Positions 40,210-50,231 of a DNA stretch of 64,000 nucleotides are shown piece by piece. The first letter of the stretch is position 1. The number at the start of each line of letters is the position of its first letter. The translations under genes were made by a program, and so were the position numbers. The stretch covers positions 41 through 64,040 of the forward strand of contig JAHRYV010000013.1 in NCBI GenBank assembly GCA_020621965.1, written 5' to 3'. A model generated the notes under the pieces. It searched no databases and had not been told where the DNA came from. It saw only the letters and a program-made list of their open reading frames with translations. The DNA is from Curvibacter sp. (GTDB taxonomy: Bacteria; Pseudomonadota; Gammaproteobacteria; Burkholderiales; Burkholderiaceae_C).

Positions 40210-43116
40210 ATGGCATCCATCCCCCTGCACGACCCGCAGGCCCCGCCGCTGGCCGGGGCCACCAACGAGACCCGCAACACCACTTGCTATATGTGCGCCT
40301 GCCGCTGCGGCATCAAGGTGCACCTGCGCAACGGCGAGGTTCGTTACATCGAAGGCAACCCCGAGCACCCGCTGAACAAGGGCGTGATCTGCGCCAAGGG
40401 TTCCTCCGGCATCATGAAACAGTACTCGCCGGCGCGCCTGACCAAGCCGCTGCGGCGCAAGGCCGGTGCCGAGCGCGGCGACGGCGAGTTCGAGGAAATC
40501 TCCTGGGAAGAGGCCTTCAGCACGCTGGAGGAGCGCCTCAAGCACCTGCGCGCCACCGACCCGAAGAAGTTCGCCCTCTTCACCGGGCGCGACCAGATGC
40601 AGGCCCTCACCGGCCTGTTCGCGCGCCAGTTCGGCACACCCAACTACGCGGCGCACGGCGGCTTCTGCTCGGTCAACATGGCCGCCGGCATGATCTACAC
40701 CATCGGCGGCTCCTTCTGGGAGTTCGGCGGCCCGGACCTGGACCGCTCCAAGCTCTTCATCATGTTCGGCACCGCGGAGGACCACCACTCCAACCCGATG
40801 AAGACGGCGCTCTCCAAGTTCAAGCGCAGCGGCGGGCGTTTCATCTCGGTCAACCCGGTGCGCACCGGCTACTCGGCGATTGCCGACGAGTGGGTGCCGA
40901 TCAAGCCCGGCACCGACGGTGCCATGCTGCTGGCGCTCATTCATGAACTGATTGCCCTGGGCCTGTACGACCGCGAATTCCTGGCGCGCTACACCAACGC
41001 CGGCCAGCTGGTGAACCAGGACGCCAAGGGCGACGAGTTCGGCATGTTCCTGCGCAAGCCCGACGGCGACGTCGTCAACCCGCTGCGCCCGGCCAACTTC
41101 TGGTGGTGGGACCGCCACACGGGCCAGCCCGTGGCCGACCACGCCGAGGGCGCCGACCCGGCCCTGCTGGGCCAGTTCGCCATGCCCGACGGCACACCCG
41201 CCGTGCCGGCCTTCCAGCTGCTGGCCGACCGCGTCAAGCCCTACACGGCCGAATGGGCGTCTGGCATCACCGGCGTGCCGGCCGAGACCATCCGCCGCCT
41301 GGCGCACGAGATGGGCATCACCGCGCGCGACCAGAAGATCGAGCTGCCCATCGCCTGGACCGACAGCTGGGGCAAGAAACACGAATCCGTCACCGGCAAC
41401 CCGGTGTCCTTCCACGCCATGCGCGGCCTGGCCGCGCACAGCAACGGCTTCCAGACCATCCGCGCGCTGGCCATCCTGATGAGCCTGCTGGGCACCATCG
41501 ACCGCCCGGGCGGCTTCCGCCACAAGGCGCCCTACCCGCGCGCCGTGCCGCCGAACGCCCGCCCGCCGAAAGGCCCGCAGGCCGTCAAACCCAACACGCC
41601 GCTGGACGGCGCGCCGCTGGGCTGGCCCGAGAGCCCGGACGATCTCTTCGTGGACGACAAGGGCGAGCCGGTGCGCCTGGACAAGGGCTTCTCCTGGGAG
41701 CACCCGCTCTCCGCGCACGGGCTGATGCACAACGCCATCACCAACGCCTGGCGCGGCGACCCGTATCCCATCGACACCCTGCTGATCTTCATGGCGAACA
41801 TGGCGTGGAACTCCACCATGAACACCAGCGAAGTGCGCAAGATGCTGAACGACAAACGCGAGGATGGGGAATACAAGATCCCCTTCCTCGTGGTCTGCGA
41901 CGCCTTCCAGTCCGAGATGACGGCCTTTGCCGACCTGGTGCTGCCCGACACGACGTATCTGGAACGGCACGACGTGATGTCCATCCTGGACCGGCCGATC
42001 TCCGAGTTCGACGGCCCGGTGGATTCGGTGCGCATCCCGGTCGTGCCCCCGAAGGGCGAGTGCAAACCGTTCCAGGAGGTGCTGGTGGAGCTGGCCAGCC
42101 GCCTCAAGCTGCCGGCCTTCACCACGCCCGAGGGCACACGCAAGTTCCGCGACTACCCGGACTTCATCGTCAACTACGAGACCGCGCCGGGCTCCGGCAT
42201 CGGTTTCCTGGCCGGCTGGCGCGGCAAGGGCGGCGAGAAGTCCATGCGCGGCGAACCGAACCCGCGCCAGTGGGAGATGTACGCGCAGAACAACTGCGTC
42301 TTCCACTACGAGATGCCGCAGAACATCCAGTACATGCGCAACTGGAACCAGGACTACATGCAGTGGGCCCAGTCCATGGGCCTGCGGCGCGACAAGGATC
42401 CGATCGTGATCCACCTCTATTCCGAGTTCCTGCAGGGCTTCCGCCGCGCGGCCCAGGGCAAACGCCCGGGCAAACAGCCGCCGGACCATCTGCGCAAGCG
42501 GGTGGAGACCTACTTCGACCCGCTGCCCTTCTACTACACGCCGCTGGAGTCGCAGGCCACCGACACGACCACCTACCCGCTCAACGCGGTGACGCAGCGC
42601 CCCATGGCCATGTACCACGCCTGGGACTCGCAGAACGCCTGGCTGCGCCAGATCCACACCTACAACTTCCTCTTCGTCAACCCGGTCACCGCCAAGGCGC
42701 AGGACATCGAGGACGGCGGCTGGATGTGGGTCGAATCGCAGTGGGGCAAGGTGCGTTGCCTGTGCCGCTACTCCGAAGCGGTGGAGCCCGGCACGGTCTG
42801 GACCTGGAACGCCATCGGCAAGGCGCCGGGCGCCTGGCGCCTGGCACCCGACGCCAACGAGTCGCGCCAGGGTTTCCTGCTCAACCACCTGATCAGCGAA
42901 GAGCTGCCCGGCCCGCGCGCCGGCGGCACCGTCTCCAACTCCGACCCCATCACCGGCCAGGCCGGCTGGTACGACGTGCGGGTGCGCATCTACAAACCCG
43001 CGCCGGGCGAACCCGAGGAAAGCTGGCCGCGCTTTGATGCCGTGCCCGCCGCCCCGGGCACCGGCGACACACCCATGAGCCAGGCCTACTTTGCCGGCAC
43101 GGGAGAGTGGAAATGA
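40210..43116 (+). CDS. soeA: Sulfite dehydrogenase SoeA (molybdopterin subunit)
   Basis: TTCYMCACRC, FTGRDQ, HGGFCSVNMAA; no Tat signal. Confidence 0.92.
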   Translation: MASIPLHDPQAPPLAGATNETRNTTCYMCACRCGIKVHLRNGEVRYIEGNPEHPLNKGVICAKGSSGIMKQYSPARLTKPLRRKAGAERGDGEFEEISWEEAFSTLEERLKHLRATDPKKFALFTGRDQMQALTGLFARQFGTPNYAAHGGFCSVNMAAGMIYTIGGSFWEFGGPDLDRSKLFIMFGTAEDHHSNPMKTALSKFKRSGGRFISVNPVRTGYSAIADEWVPIKPGTDGAMLLALIHELIALGLYDREFLARYTNAGQLVNQDAKGDEFGMFLRKPDGDVVNPLRPANFWWWDRHTGQPVADHAEGADPALLGQFAMPDGTPAVPAFQLLADRVKPYTAEWASGITGVPAETIRRLAHEMGITARDQKIELPIAWTDSWGKKHESVTGNPVSFHAMRGLAAHSNGFQTIRALAILMSLLGTIDRPGGFRHKAPYPRAVPPNARPPKGPQAVKPNTPLDGAPLGWPESPDDLFVDDKGEPVRLDKGFSWEHPLSAHGLMHNAITNAWRGDPYPIDTLLIFMANMAWNSTMNTSEVRKMLNDKREDGEYKIPFLVVCDAFQSEMTAFADLVLPDTTYLERHDVMSILDRPISEFDGPVDSVRIPVVPPKGECKPFQEVLVELASRLKLPAFTTPEGTRKFRDYPDFIVNYETAPGSGIGFLAGWRGKGGEKSMRGEPNPRQWEMYAQNNCVFHYEMPQNIQYMRNWNQDYMQWAQSMGLRRDKDPIVIHLYSEFLQGFRRAAQGKRPGKQPPDHLRKRVETYFDPLPFYYTPLESQATDTTTYPLNAVTQRPMAMYHAWDSQNAWLRQIHTYNFLFVNPVTAKAQDIEDGGWMWVESQWGKVRCLCRYSEAVEPGTVWTWNAIGKAPGAWRLAPDANESRQGFLLNHLISEELPGPRAGGTVSNSDPITGQAGWYDVRVRIYKPAPGEPEESWPRFDAVPAAPGTGDTPMSQAYFAGTGEWK

Positions 43117-43841
43117 CACAACTGGCCCTGGTCATCGACCTCAACGTCTGTGTCGGCTGCCACGCCTGCGTGACCAGCTGCAAACAGTGGAACACCTCGG
43201 GCACCGCCGGCGCCCTGGTGGACCTGAACCCCTACGCGGCCGAACCCAACGGCACCTTCTTCAACCGGGTGCAGACCTTCGAGGTCGGTGAGTACCCGAA
43301 CACGCAGACCGTGCACTTCCCCAAAAGCTGCCTGCACTGCGAAGACCCGCCCTGCGTGCCGGTCTGCCCCACGGGCGCCAGCTACAAGCGCGAGAGCGAC
43401 GGCATCGTGCTGGTGGACTACGACAAGTGCATCGGCTGCAAGTACTGCTCCTGGGCCTGCCCCTACGGCGCGCGCGAGTTCGACGAGGAGCGCAAGGTCA
43501 TGAGCAAGTGCACGCTGTGCGTGGACCGCATCTACGACCAGGCCATCCCCGAGCCGCAGCGCAAGCCCTCCTGCGTGATCGCCTGCCCGTCCAACGCGCG
43601 CCTGTTCGGTGACATCCACGACCCGGCCTCCGAGGTCTCGGTGGCCATCAACGAGCGCGCCGGCTACCAGCTCATGCCCGAGTGGGGCACCAAGCCGGCC
43701 AACCACTATCTGCCGCGGCGCAAGACCGAGATGACGATCCACCCCGAGGATCTGCAGCGTGTGGACAACCCGCTCAAGATCGACGGTCAGCAGCCTGAAT
43801 ACACGAATCGTGCCCCTGGTCGCGAGGACCACTCCACATGA
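43113..43841 (+). CDS. soeB: SoeB Fe-S subunit
   Basis: CVGCHAC..SCKQWN, HFPKSCLHC, PEWGTKPAN.YLP. Confidence 0.92.
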   Translation: MTQLALVIDLNVCVGCHACVTSCKQWNTSGTAGALVDLNPYAAEPNGTFFNRVQTFEVGEYPNTQTVHFPKSCLHCEDPPCVPVCPTGASYKRESDGIVLVDYDKCIGCKYCSWACPYGAREFDEERKVMSKCTLCVDRIYDQAIPEPQRKPSCVIACPSNARLFGDIHDPASEVSVAINERAGYQLMPEWGTKPANHYLPRRKTEMTIHPEDLQRVDNPLKIDGQQPEYTNRAPGREDHST

Positions 43842-44767
43842 AACCCGCCTTCTCCGTCATCTTTCTCACCACGCTGATCGGCGCGGCCCAGGGCCTGTTC
43901 CTGGCCCTGTACGTCACCGGGCTGCTGCTGGCACCCAGCCCCGAGCTCAGCGCCTACCTCGTGGCCGGCGACCTGGTGGTGCTGGGCTTCTCCGGCCTGG
44001 GCCTGCTGGCCTCCTTCTTCCACCTGGGCCGCCCCGAGCGCGCCTGGCGCACCGCCACCCAGTGGCGCAGCTCCTGGCTCTCGCGCGAGGTCATCGTGCT
44101 GCCGGCCTTCATGGGCGGCGTGTTCCTGCACGGCCTGGGCCACTACTTCGGCCAGGGGCCGGTGCAGCTGATCGGTCTGCTCACCGCGCTGGTCTGCCTG
44201 GCGCTGTATGTGTGCACGGCCATGATCTATGCCTCGATCCGCTTCCTGCAGGAATGGGCCAGCCCGCTGACGGTGGCCAACTACACCCTGCTGGGTCTGG
44301 CCTCGGGTTTCACGCTGGCCACGCTGCTGGCCGGGGCGCTGGCACCGGAACTCGCCGCCGGCTACGCCCTGGGCGCCACCGTGTTCACGCTGGCGGGTTT
44401 CGTCAGCCGCGGCCTCTCGCTGCTGCGCAATGCGCGCCTGAAGCCGAAGTCCACCCTGCAGACGGCCATCGGCATCAAGCACCCGCGCATCGTGCAGAAG
44501 TCGCAGGGTTTCATGGGCGGCTCCTTCAACACGCGCGAGTACTTCCACGGCCGCACGGCCGCCATGCTGCGCGGCGTGAAGTGGAGCTTCCTGCTGCTGG
44601 TGTTTCCGCTACCGCTGCTGTGCATGCTCGCCGGGCTGCAGGCCGGCTCGCTGCCCCTGCTGGCGGCCGCCTTCGCGCTGCAATACCTCGGCCTGCTGGC
44701 CGAGCGCTGGTTCTTCTTCGCCCAGGCCAACCACCCGCAAAATCTCTATTACCAGACCGTCGCCTGA
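43838..44767 (+). CDS. soeC: SoeC membrane anchor (DmsC/NrfD family)
   Basis: PAFSVIF.TT..GA.QG, FHLGRPERAW...WR.SWLSRE, ERWFFF. Confidence 0.92.
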   Translation: MKPAFSVIFLTTLIGAAQGLFLALYVTGLLLAPSPELSAYLVAGDLVVLGFSGLGLLASFFHLGRPERAWRTATQWRSSWLSREVIVLPAFMGGVFLHGLGHYFGQGPVQLIGLLTALVCLALYVCTAMIYASIRFLQEWASPLTVANYTLLGLASGFTLATLLAGALAPELAAGYALGATVFTLAGFVSRGLSLLRNARLKPKSTLQTAIGIKHPRIVQKSQGFMGGSFNTREYFHGRTAAMLRGVKWSFLLLVFPLPLLCMLAGLQAGSLPLLAAAFALQYLGLLAERWFFFAQANHPQNLYYQTVA

Positions 44768-44779
44768 AGGAGACCCGCC

Positions 44780-45340
44780 ATGCACAAGCTCGCCCTCGCC
44801 GCGGCCCTGCTGCTCACGCTGAACGCCCAGGCCCAGGACGCCCCCTGGGTCGGCGAAGCCCGCCAGGTCGCGGCCTCCGTGCCGCCGAAACTGCTGCAGG
44901 TGCTGCAGGCTGAAATCGCCCAGGGCGGCGCCGCGTCCGCCGTGGACGTGTGCCGCGAGAAGGCGCCGCAGATGGCCAAGGCCGCCTCGGCGCAGACCGG
45001 CTGGGCCATCCGCCGCGTGAGCCTGCGCAACCGCAACCCCAAGGCCGTGCCCGATGCCTGGGAACGCGCCGCGCTGGAGGACTTCGACCGCCGCGCCGCC
45101 GCCGGCGAGAGCCCGGCCACGCTGGAGAAATGGGAAGTGGTCAGCAACGAGGGGCGACCGGAATACCGCTACCTGAAAGCCCTGCCGGTGCAGCCCCTGT
45201 GCATCCAGTGCCACGGCCCGGCCGAGCAGCTGGCGCCCGGCGTGGCCGCCAAGCTCAAGACGCACTACCCGCAGGACCTGGGCAACGGTTATGCGGTGGG
45301 CCAGATCCGCGGCGCCATCACCATCCGCAAACCCCAGTGA
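44780..45340 (+). CDS. Periplasmic monoheme cytochrome c (DUF3365/Tll0287-like)
   Basis: signal peptide, RVSLRNRNP, CIQCHG, extra upstream Cys. Confidence 0.85.
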   Translation: MHKLALAAALLLTLNAQAQDAPWVGEARQVAASVPPKLLQVLQAEIAQGGAASAVDVCREKAPQMAKAASAQTGWAIRRVSLRNRNPKAVPDAWERAALEDFDRRAAAGESPATLEKWEVVSNEGRPEYRYLKALPVQPLCIQCHGPAEQLAPGVAAKLKTHYPQDLGNGYAVGQIRGAITIRKPQ

Positions 45341-45351
45341 ACCCGCGCGGC

Positions 45352-46350
45352 ATGACCCTCACCCTGCTCAAATTCACACGCCACCACCTGCCGCTGCTGG
45401 GCGCCCTGCTGCTGTTGATGCTGCTGTTCCCCGGCGAGACCGCCCAGGCGACCGAGCTGGCCGGGGCGGCCACGACGGCGCCGGCCGGCGCGACCAGCAG
45501 CAGCCTGCCGTGGTGGTTCTGGCCGCTGGCGCTGTTCGTCACCTGTTTCCTGATCGGCATCGTCGCGGTGCCCGCGGGCATCGGCGGCGGCACGCTGTTC
45601 GTGCCCATCGTCGGCGGCTTTTTCCCCTTCCATCTGGACTTCGTGCGCGGCGCCGGCCTGCTGGTCGCGCTGGCCAGCGCGCTGGCCGCCGGGCCCATGC
45701 TGCTGCGCGGCGGCCTGGCCAGTCTGCGCCTGGCGCTGCCGCTGGCGCTGCTGGCCTCGATCAGCTCGATTGCCGGCGCCATGCTCGGCCTGGCGCTGCC
45801 GGCCAACGTGATCCAGATCGCGCTGGGCGTGATCGTGCTGGGCATCGTGGCCCTGATGTTCTCGGTCAAGAAGTCGGAGTTCCCGGTCGTCGCGCAGCCG
45901 GACCGGCTGTCCTCCATCCTCGGCATGCACGGCGTGTTCATCGACGGCGCCTCGGGCCGCTCGGTCGACTGGCAGGTGCATCGCACGCCGATCGGGCTGG
46001 TGCTGTTCCTGCTGATCGGCATCATGGCGGGCATGTTCGGCATCGGTGCGGGCTGGGCCAACGTGCCGGCACTCAACCTGTTGATGGGTGCGCCGCTCAA
46101 GGTCTCGGCCGGCACCTCCGGGCTGGTGCTCTCGCTGGTCGACTCGGCCGCCGCCTGGGTCTACCTGAACCGCGGCGCCGTGCTGCCGATGATCGCGGTA
46201 CCCTCGGTCGTCGGCATGATGCTGGGCGCGCGCATCGGTGCGCGACTGCTCAACGTGCTGCCCGGCGCGGTCATCCGCAAGATGGTGATCACCCTGCTGC
46301 TGTTCGCCGGCATCCGCGCGCTCATGAAAGGAACCGGACTATGGGTATGA
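45352..46350 (+). CDS. Sulfite exporter TauE/SafE family
   Basis: GIGGG..FVP and G.GAGW..VP repeats, multiple TM. Confidence 0.88.
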   Translation: MTLTLLKFTRHHLPLLGALLLLMLLFPGETAQATELAGAATTAPAGATSSSLPWWFWPLALFVTCFLIGIVAVPAGIGGGTLFVPIVGGFFPFHLDFVRGAGLLVALASALAAGPMLLRGGLASLRLALPLALLASISSIAGAMLGLALPANVIQIALGVIVLGIVALMFSVKKSEFPVVAQPDRLSSILGMHGVFIDGASGRSVDWQVHRTPIGLVLFLLIGIMAGMFGIGAGWANVPALNLLMGAPLKVSAGTSGLVLSLVDSAAAWVYLNRGAVLPMIAVPSVVGMMLGARIGARLLNVLPGAVIRKMVITLLLFAGIRALMKGTGLWV

Positions 46351-46763
46351 AGCAGCCCCTGCCTGTGCAGGCCGATGCCCAGCGTTATGCCCTGCTGCTC
46401 GGCTGGGGCACACGCGTCGGGCTGGTGCTGCTGGTGCTGAGCTTCACCGCCTACGTGACGGGCCTGCTCACGCCGCACGTTCCGCTGGACCGCCTGCCCA
46501 GCCTGTGGAACCTGCCGGTGGACACTTACCACCAGTTGGCGGGCACACCCGAAGTGTTCGACTGGATGGCCCTGATCCGGCATGGCGACCGCATCAACAT
46601 GATCGGCATTGCCGTGCTCGCGGGCTGCTCGCTGCTGCCCCTGCTGGCGCTGATCCCTTTGTTCCTGAAGCAGCGCAATGGCATCATCTATGCTGTCATC
46701 TGCGCGCTGGAGGCGGCCGTGCTGCTGCTGGCCGCCTCCGGCGTGCTGAGCGCCGGGCACTGA
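46347..46763 (+). CDS. DUF1634-like membrane protein
   Basis: three TM, coupled (ATGA) to TauE gene. Confidence 0.7.
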   Translation: MKQPLPVQADAQRYALLLGWGTRVGLVLLVLSFTAYVTGLLTPHVPLDRLPSLWNLPVDTYHQLAGTPEVFDWMALIRHGDRINMIGIAVLAGCSLLPLLALIPLFLKQRNGIIYAVICALEAAVLLLAASGVLSAGH

Positions 46764-46790
46764 GCCCCCATATCGCCGGACCTACACCGC

Positions 46791-47639
46791 ATGTCGACCG
46801 TTTTCCAACACCTGCTGCTGGCCACCGAACACAGCGAATTCGACAGCGGCGCCGAAGCGCTGGCCATGGCCCTGGCGCGGCGCTGCCAGCTGCCGCTGGG
46901 CGGCGTGCTGCCCATCGTCAGCAACCCCGAATTCGAAGCCGCCGCCCCCGCGCTGGCCACCCGCGCCGACCAGCAGGCCGCCGAACGTATTGCCGCCGTG
47001 CACGCGCTGGCCCAGGCCCAGGGCGTATCCCTGGCCATGCAGGCGCGCCGCGGCCCGGAGCCGTACCAGGAGATCGTGGACGAGGCGCGCGAGCGCGGCA
47101 GCGACCTGATCGTGATCCGCCGCCGCGGCAAGCGCGGCTTCCTGGCCAAGCTGCTGCTGGGCGAGATGGTCTCGCGTGTGGTGGCGCATGCGCCCTGCAG
47201 CGTGCTGATCGTGCCGCGCGGCGCGGCCATGTGGCAGCAGCGGGTGCTGGTGGCGGCCGAACCCGGCGCGCAGGGGCAGCAGCTGGTGGCCCTGGCCGGC
47301 GCCGTGGCCGCCGAATGCCGGCTGCCCATCAGCGTGGTGACGGTGGCCGAACCGGGCGGCCAGGCCCAGGCCCAGTCCTTCGTGGAAACCAGCGTGGCAC
47401 AGCTGCGCCAGCGCGGGCTGGACGCCGAGGGCCGTACGCTGAGCGGCAAACCCTACGAGCAGATCCTGCAGGCCGGCCGCGACCTGGGCGCCGACCTCAT
47501 CGTCATGGGCAGCCGCGGCGACGCCCACCTGGGCCGCGCCCTGATCGGTGGCGTGGCGCAGAAGGTGATCGGCCTGGCCGAACACCCGGTGCTGGTGGCG
47601 CATACTGATTGGCACGAAAACAAGGAGAGCGCCACATGA
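46791..47639 (+). CDS. Tandem universal stress protein
   Basis: two USP domains (DLIV...RG...APCSVLIV; ADLIVMGSRG...PVLV). Confidence 0.92.
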   Translation: MSTVFQHLLLATEHSEFDSGAEALAMALARRCQLPLGGVLPIVSNPEFEAAAPALATRADQQAAERIAAVHALAQAQGVSLAMQARRGPEPYQEIVDEARERGSDLIVIRRRGKRGFLAKLLLGEMVSRVVAHAPCSVLIVPRGAAMWQQRVLVAAEPGAQGQQLVALAGAVAAECRLPISVVTVAEPGGQAQAQSFVETSVAQLRQRGLDAEGRTLSGKPYEQILQAGRDLGADLIVMGSRGDAHLGRALIGGVAQKVIGLAEHPVLVAHTDWHENKESAT

Positions 47640-48265
47640 GCGACGCGTTGAACTATCTGGTCCAGGCCCGGCCCGAGACCATGGGCCACTACTTCAAGTT
47701 CCTCAAGGAAACCGGCAAGCACCTGGACCCGAAGACCCGCAACCTGATCTCCGTCATCACCAAGGTGCACGCACAGACCGAGCGCGGTTTTCGCCAGTAC
47801 CTCAACCGCGCCCTGCGCGAGGGCTGCACGCCCATGGAGGTGCTGGACGCGCTGCTGATGGCCTTCCCGGCCCTGGGCCTGGCCAAGATCATCTGGGCCA
47901 CCGACATCATCCTGGCCATGAACCTGCCCGGCTTCGACCCCGCGGCGCTGCGCGGCGAGCCGCCGACCTGGCGCGACGTCATGGCCAGCGCCGACGTGCC
48001 CGAGGGCGAGGTGCTACGCACCACCTGCGAGGGCCGCGGCCTCTTCATCTACCGCGACGCGCAGGGCTACCGGGTCTACGACAGCCACTGCCCGCACCAG
48101 AACACCGACATCCCCGAGCTGGCCCTGCAGGGCACCGCGCTGACCTGCCCCAAGCACGAGTGGCAGTTCGACGTGAAGAGCGGCGACTGCATCAAGAAGG
48201 GCGACACCCCGCTCAAGCGCATCGAATCCCGCGTCACCGACGGCCGCCTCATGGCCTGCTGGTGA
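47636..48265 (+). CDS. CMD/AhpD-like + Rieske [2Fe-2S] fusion protein
   Basis: LDPKTR.LIS...RALREG.T..E; CPHQ...CPKHEWQFD. Confidence 0.8.
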   Translation: MSDALNYLVQARPETMGHYFKFLKETGKHLDPKTRNLISVITKVHAQTERGFRQYLNRALREGCTPMEVLDALLMAFPALGLAKIIWATDIILAMNLPGFDPAALRGEPPTWRDVMASADVPEGEVLRTTCEGRGLFIYRDAQGYRVYDSHCPHQNTDIPELALQGTALTCPKHEWQFDVKSGDCIKKGDTPLKRIESRVTDGRLMACW

Positions 48266-48315
48266 GCGCTCGCGCGGCGGCGGCCCGGCCGCCGCGACCC
48301 TCCGTCCTAACCCTA

Positions 48316-48383
48316 TTACCCACATGGATTACATCCCACCCTCCATTGCGGTAATAGACGTCGCGAGGGGTACCCCCAAGAAT
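48316..48383 (+). promoter_or_regulatory. tusA promoter with 7-2-7 boxes
   Basis: TTACCCA-CA-TGGATTA (48316), half-site GCGGTAA, TAGACG-N17-AAGAAT. Confidence 0.6.
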
Positions 48384-48481
48384 GGTTACACGTGGCCGTC
48401 CGGGCCCGTGACCGGCATGCAGGCGATGTCCGACATCGCCCCCTACAACCGATGCTGCACCGGCAGCGAATGGAGACACAA

Positions 48482-48709
48482 ATGAACTTCGACAAGGAAT
48501 ACGACGCTTCCGGCCTGGCCTGCCCGCTGCCCATCGTCAAGACCAAAAAAGCCCTCGCGGACATGACCTCCGGCCAGGTGCTCAAGGTGCTGGCCACCGA
48601 CCCCGGCTCCGTCTGCGACATGGCCGCCTTTGCCGAGCAGACCGGCAATCCCCTGCTGCAGCAGGGCGAGGAAAGCGGCAAGTACGTGTTCTTCCTCAAG
48701 AAGGCCTGA
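48482..48709 (+). CDS. tusA: TusA sulfur carrier
   Basis: DASGLACPLP, ATDPGS. Confidence 0.93.
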   Translation: MNFDKEYDASGLACPLPIVKTKKALADMTSGQVLKVLATDPGSVCDMAAFAEQTGNPLLQQGEESGKYVFFLKKA

Positions 48710-48754
48710 GCACCGCGCACCTCGACAGACCATAAGCACACGAGGAGACAAGAC

Positions 48755-49222
48755 ATGAGCAAAAAAATGGCGCTGATCGCCACCAAGGGTACGCTGGACA
48801 TGGCCTACCCGCCCTTCATCCTGGGCTCGACCGCGGCTGCGCTGGGCTGGGACGTGCAGATCTTCTTCACCTTCTACGGCCTGCAGCTGCTGCGCAAGGA
48901 CCTCAGCAGCGTCAAGATCAGCCCGCTGGGCAACCCGGCCATGCCGATGCCGGTGCCCATGCCCGTGATGGTGCAGATGCTGCCCGGCATGGAGTCCATG
49001 GCCACCATGATGATGAAGCAGAAGATGAAGTCCAAGGGCGTGGCCTCGCTGGAAGAGCTGCGCGACCTGTGCCTGGAAGCCGACGTCAAGTTCGTCGCCT
49101 GCCAGATGACGGTGGACCTGTTCGAGTTCCAGAAGAGCGACTTCATCGACAACATCGAATACGGCGGTGCGGCGACCTTCATGAAGTTCGCCGGCGAATC
49201 CGACGTCTGCCTTTTCATCTGA
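48755..49222 (+). CDS. DsrE2-type sulfurtransferase (DsrE/F-like)
   Basis: TKGTLD.AYPPFIL, FFTFYGL, ACQMT; follows tusA. Confidence 0.88.
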   Translation: MSKKMALIATKGTLDMAYPPFILGSTAAALGWDVQIFFTFYGLQLLRKDLSSVKISPLGNPAMPMPVPMPVMVQMLPGMESMATMMMKQKMKSKGVASLEELRDLCLEADVKFVACQMTVDLFEFQKSDFIDNIEYGGAATFMKFAGESDVCLFI

Positions 49223-49327
49223 CTCCTCGTGTGGCCAGCCGGCGAGGCGACGCCGCCCTGAACCGGCGGACATCACGGCCATCTTGTGTTTGCGTCCAGA
49301 CCTGGCGCCCAACGCCTGGGGAATGTC

Positions 49328-50194
49328 ATGAAACGTCTGATTCTGTGTCTGCTGTTCGTGCTGAGCGCCCCGGCCTGCCTGGCGCTCGCCCCCTATGTGC
49401 AGGGCAGCAAGCTGCCCGCCGCCGAACTGGGCGCCCAGCTCGGCATCGTTGAGCAGAAGCTGCAGGCCGCCGGCTTCACCGTGGTCGGCCGCCACACGCC
49501 CAAGGGCATCGCGGCCGGCACGGTGGTCGTCACCGACCCCGGCATCCTGGAGGCCATCGGCCGGGTCGGTGGCTCGGCCATCACCGCCGCCGCCCTGCGC
49601 GTGGGCGTGCAGGCCAACGGCACCGTCTCCTACATGAACCCCGAGTACTGGCACCGCGCCTTCGTGCGCGGCAAGTACAGCCAGGTGGACGCCGCCGTCC
49701 AGGCCGCGCGGACCCGCCTGGCCCAGGCCCTGGGCGAGGGCCAGCCTTTCGGCGGCGATGTGCCGGCCGACGACCTGGCCCGCTACCGCTACATGTTCGG
49801 CATGGAGCGCTTCGACTCGCAGAGCGAGCTGGTGCAGCACGCCAGCTTCGAGGAGGCGCTGGCCAGCGTGCGCGCCAACCTGGCCAAGGGCACGGCCGAC
49901 ACCGCCAAGGTCTACGAGGTGGTGATGCCCGCAGGCAGGATCGCCGTCTTCGGCGTCGCCATGAACAATACGGAGAGCGGCGAAGGCTGGTGGGTCAACA
50001 AGATCGACGGCACGGCCCACGTGGCCGCACTGCCCTACGAGATCTTCATCGTCGACAACAAGGTCCACGCCCTGTACGCGCGCTTTCGCATCGCCCTGTC
50101 CTGGCCCGAGCTCGGCATGGGCCAGTTCATGGGCATCATGAACGCACCCACCGCCATCCAGGACACGCTGCTCAAGGTGGCGACCAAACCCTGA
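49328..50194 (+). CDS. Periplasmic hypothetical protein (possibly DUF302-like fold)
   Basis: signal peptide; YRYMFGM, AALPYEI, RFRIAL.WP motifs; between dsrE2 and yeeE. Confidence 0.65.
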   Translation: MKRLILCLLFVLSAPACLALAPYVQGSKLPAAELGAQLGIVEQKLQAAGFTVVGRHTPKGIAAGTVVVTDPGILEAIGRVGGSAITAAALRVGVQANGTVSYMNPEYWHRAFVRGKYSQVDAAVQAARTRLAQALGEGQPFGGDVPADDLARYRYMFGMERFDSQSELVQHASFEEALASVRANLAKGTADTAKVYEVVMPAGRIAVFGVAMNNTESGEGWWVNKIDGTAHVAALPYEIFIVDNKVHALYARFRIALSWPELGMGQFMGIMNAPTAIQDTLLKVATKP

Positions 50195-50231
50195 TCCCCC
50201 ATTTCCTGCACAGCACTACGGAGAAATTTGA

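Noticed and set aside
40165-44767. DMSO, nitrate or formate reductase
   Set aside because: CYMCACRC and HGGFCSVN motifs, lack of a Tat signal and sulfur context favour SoeABC
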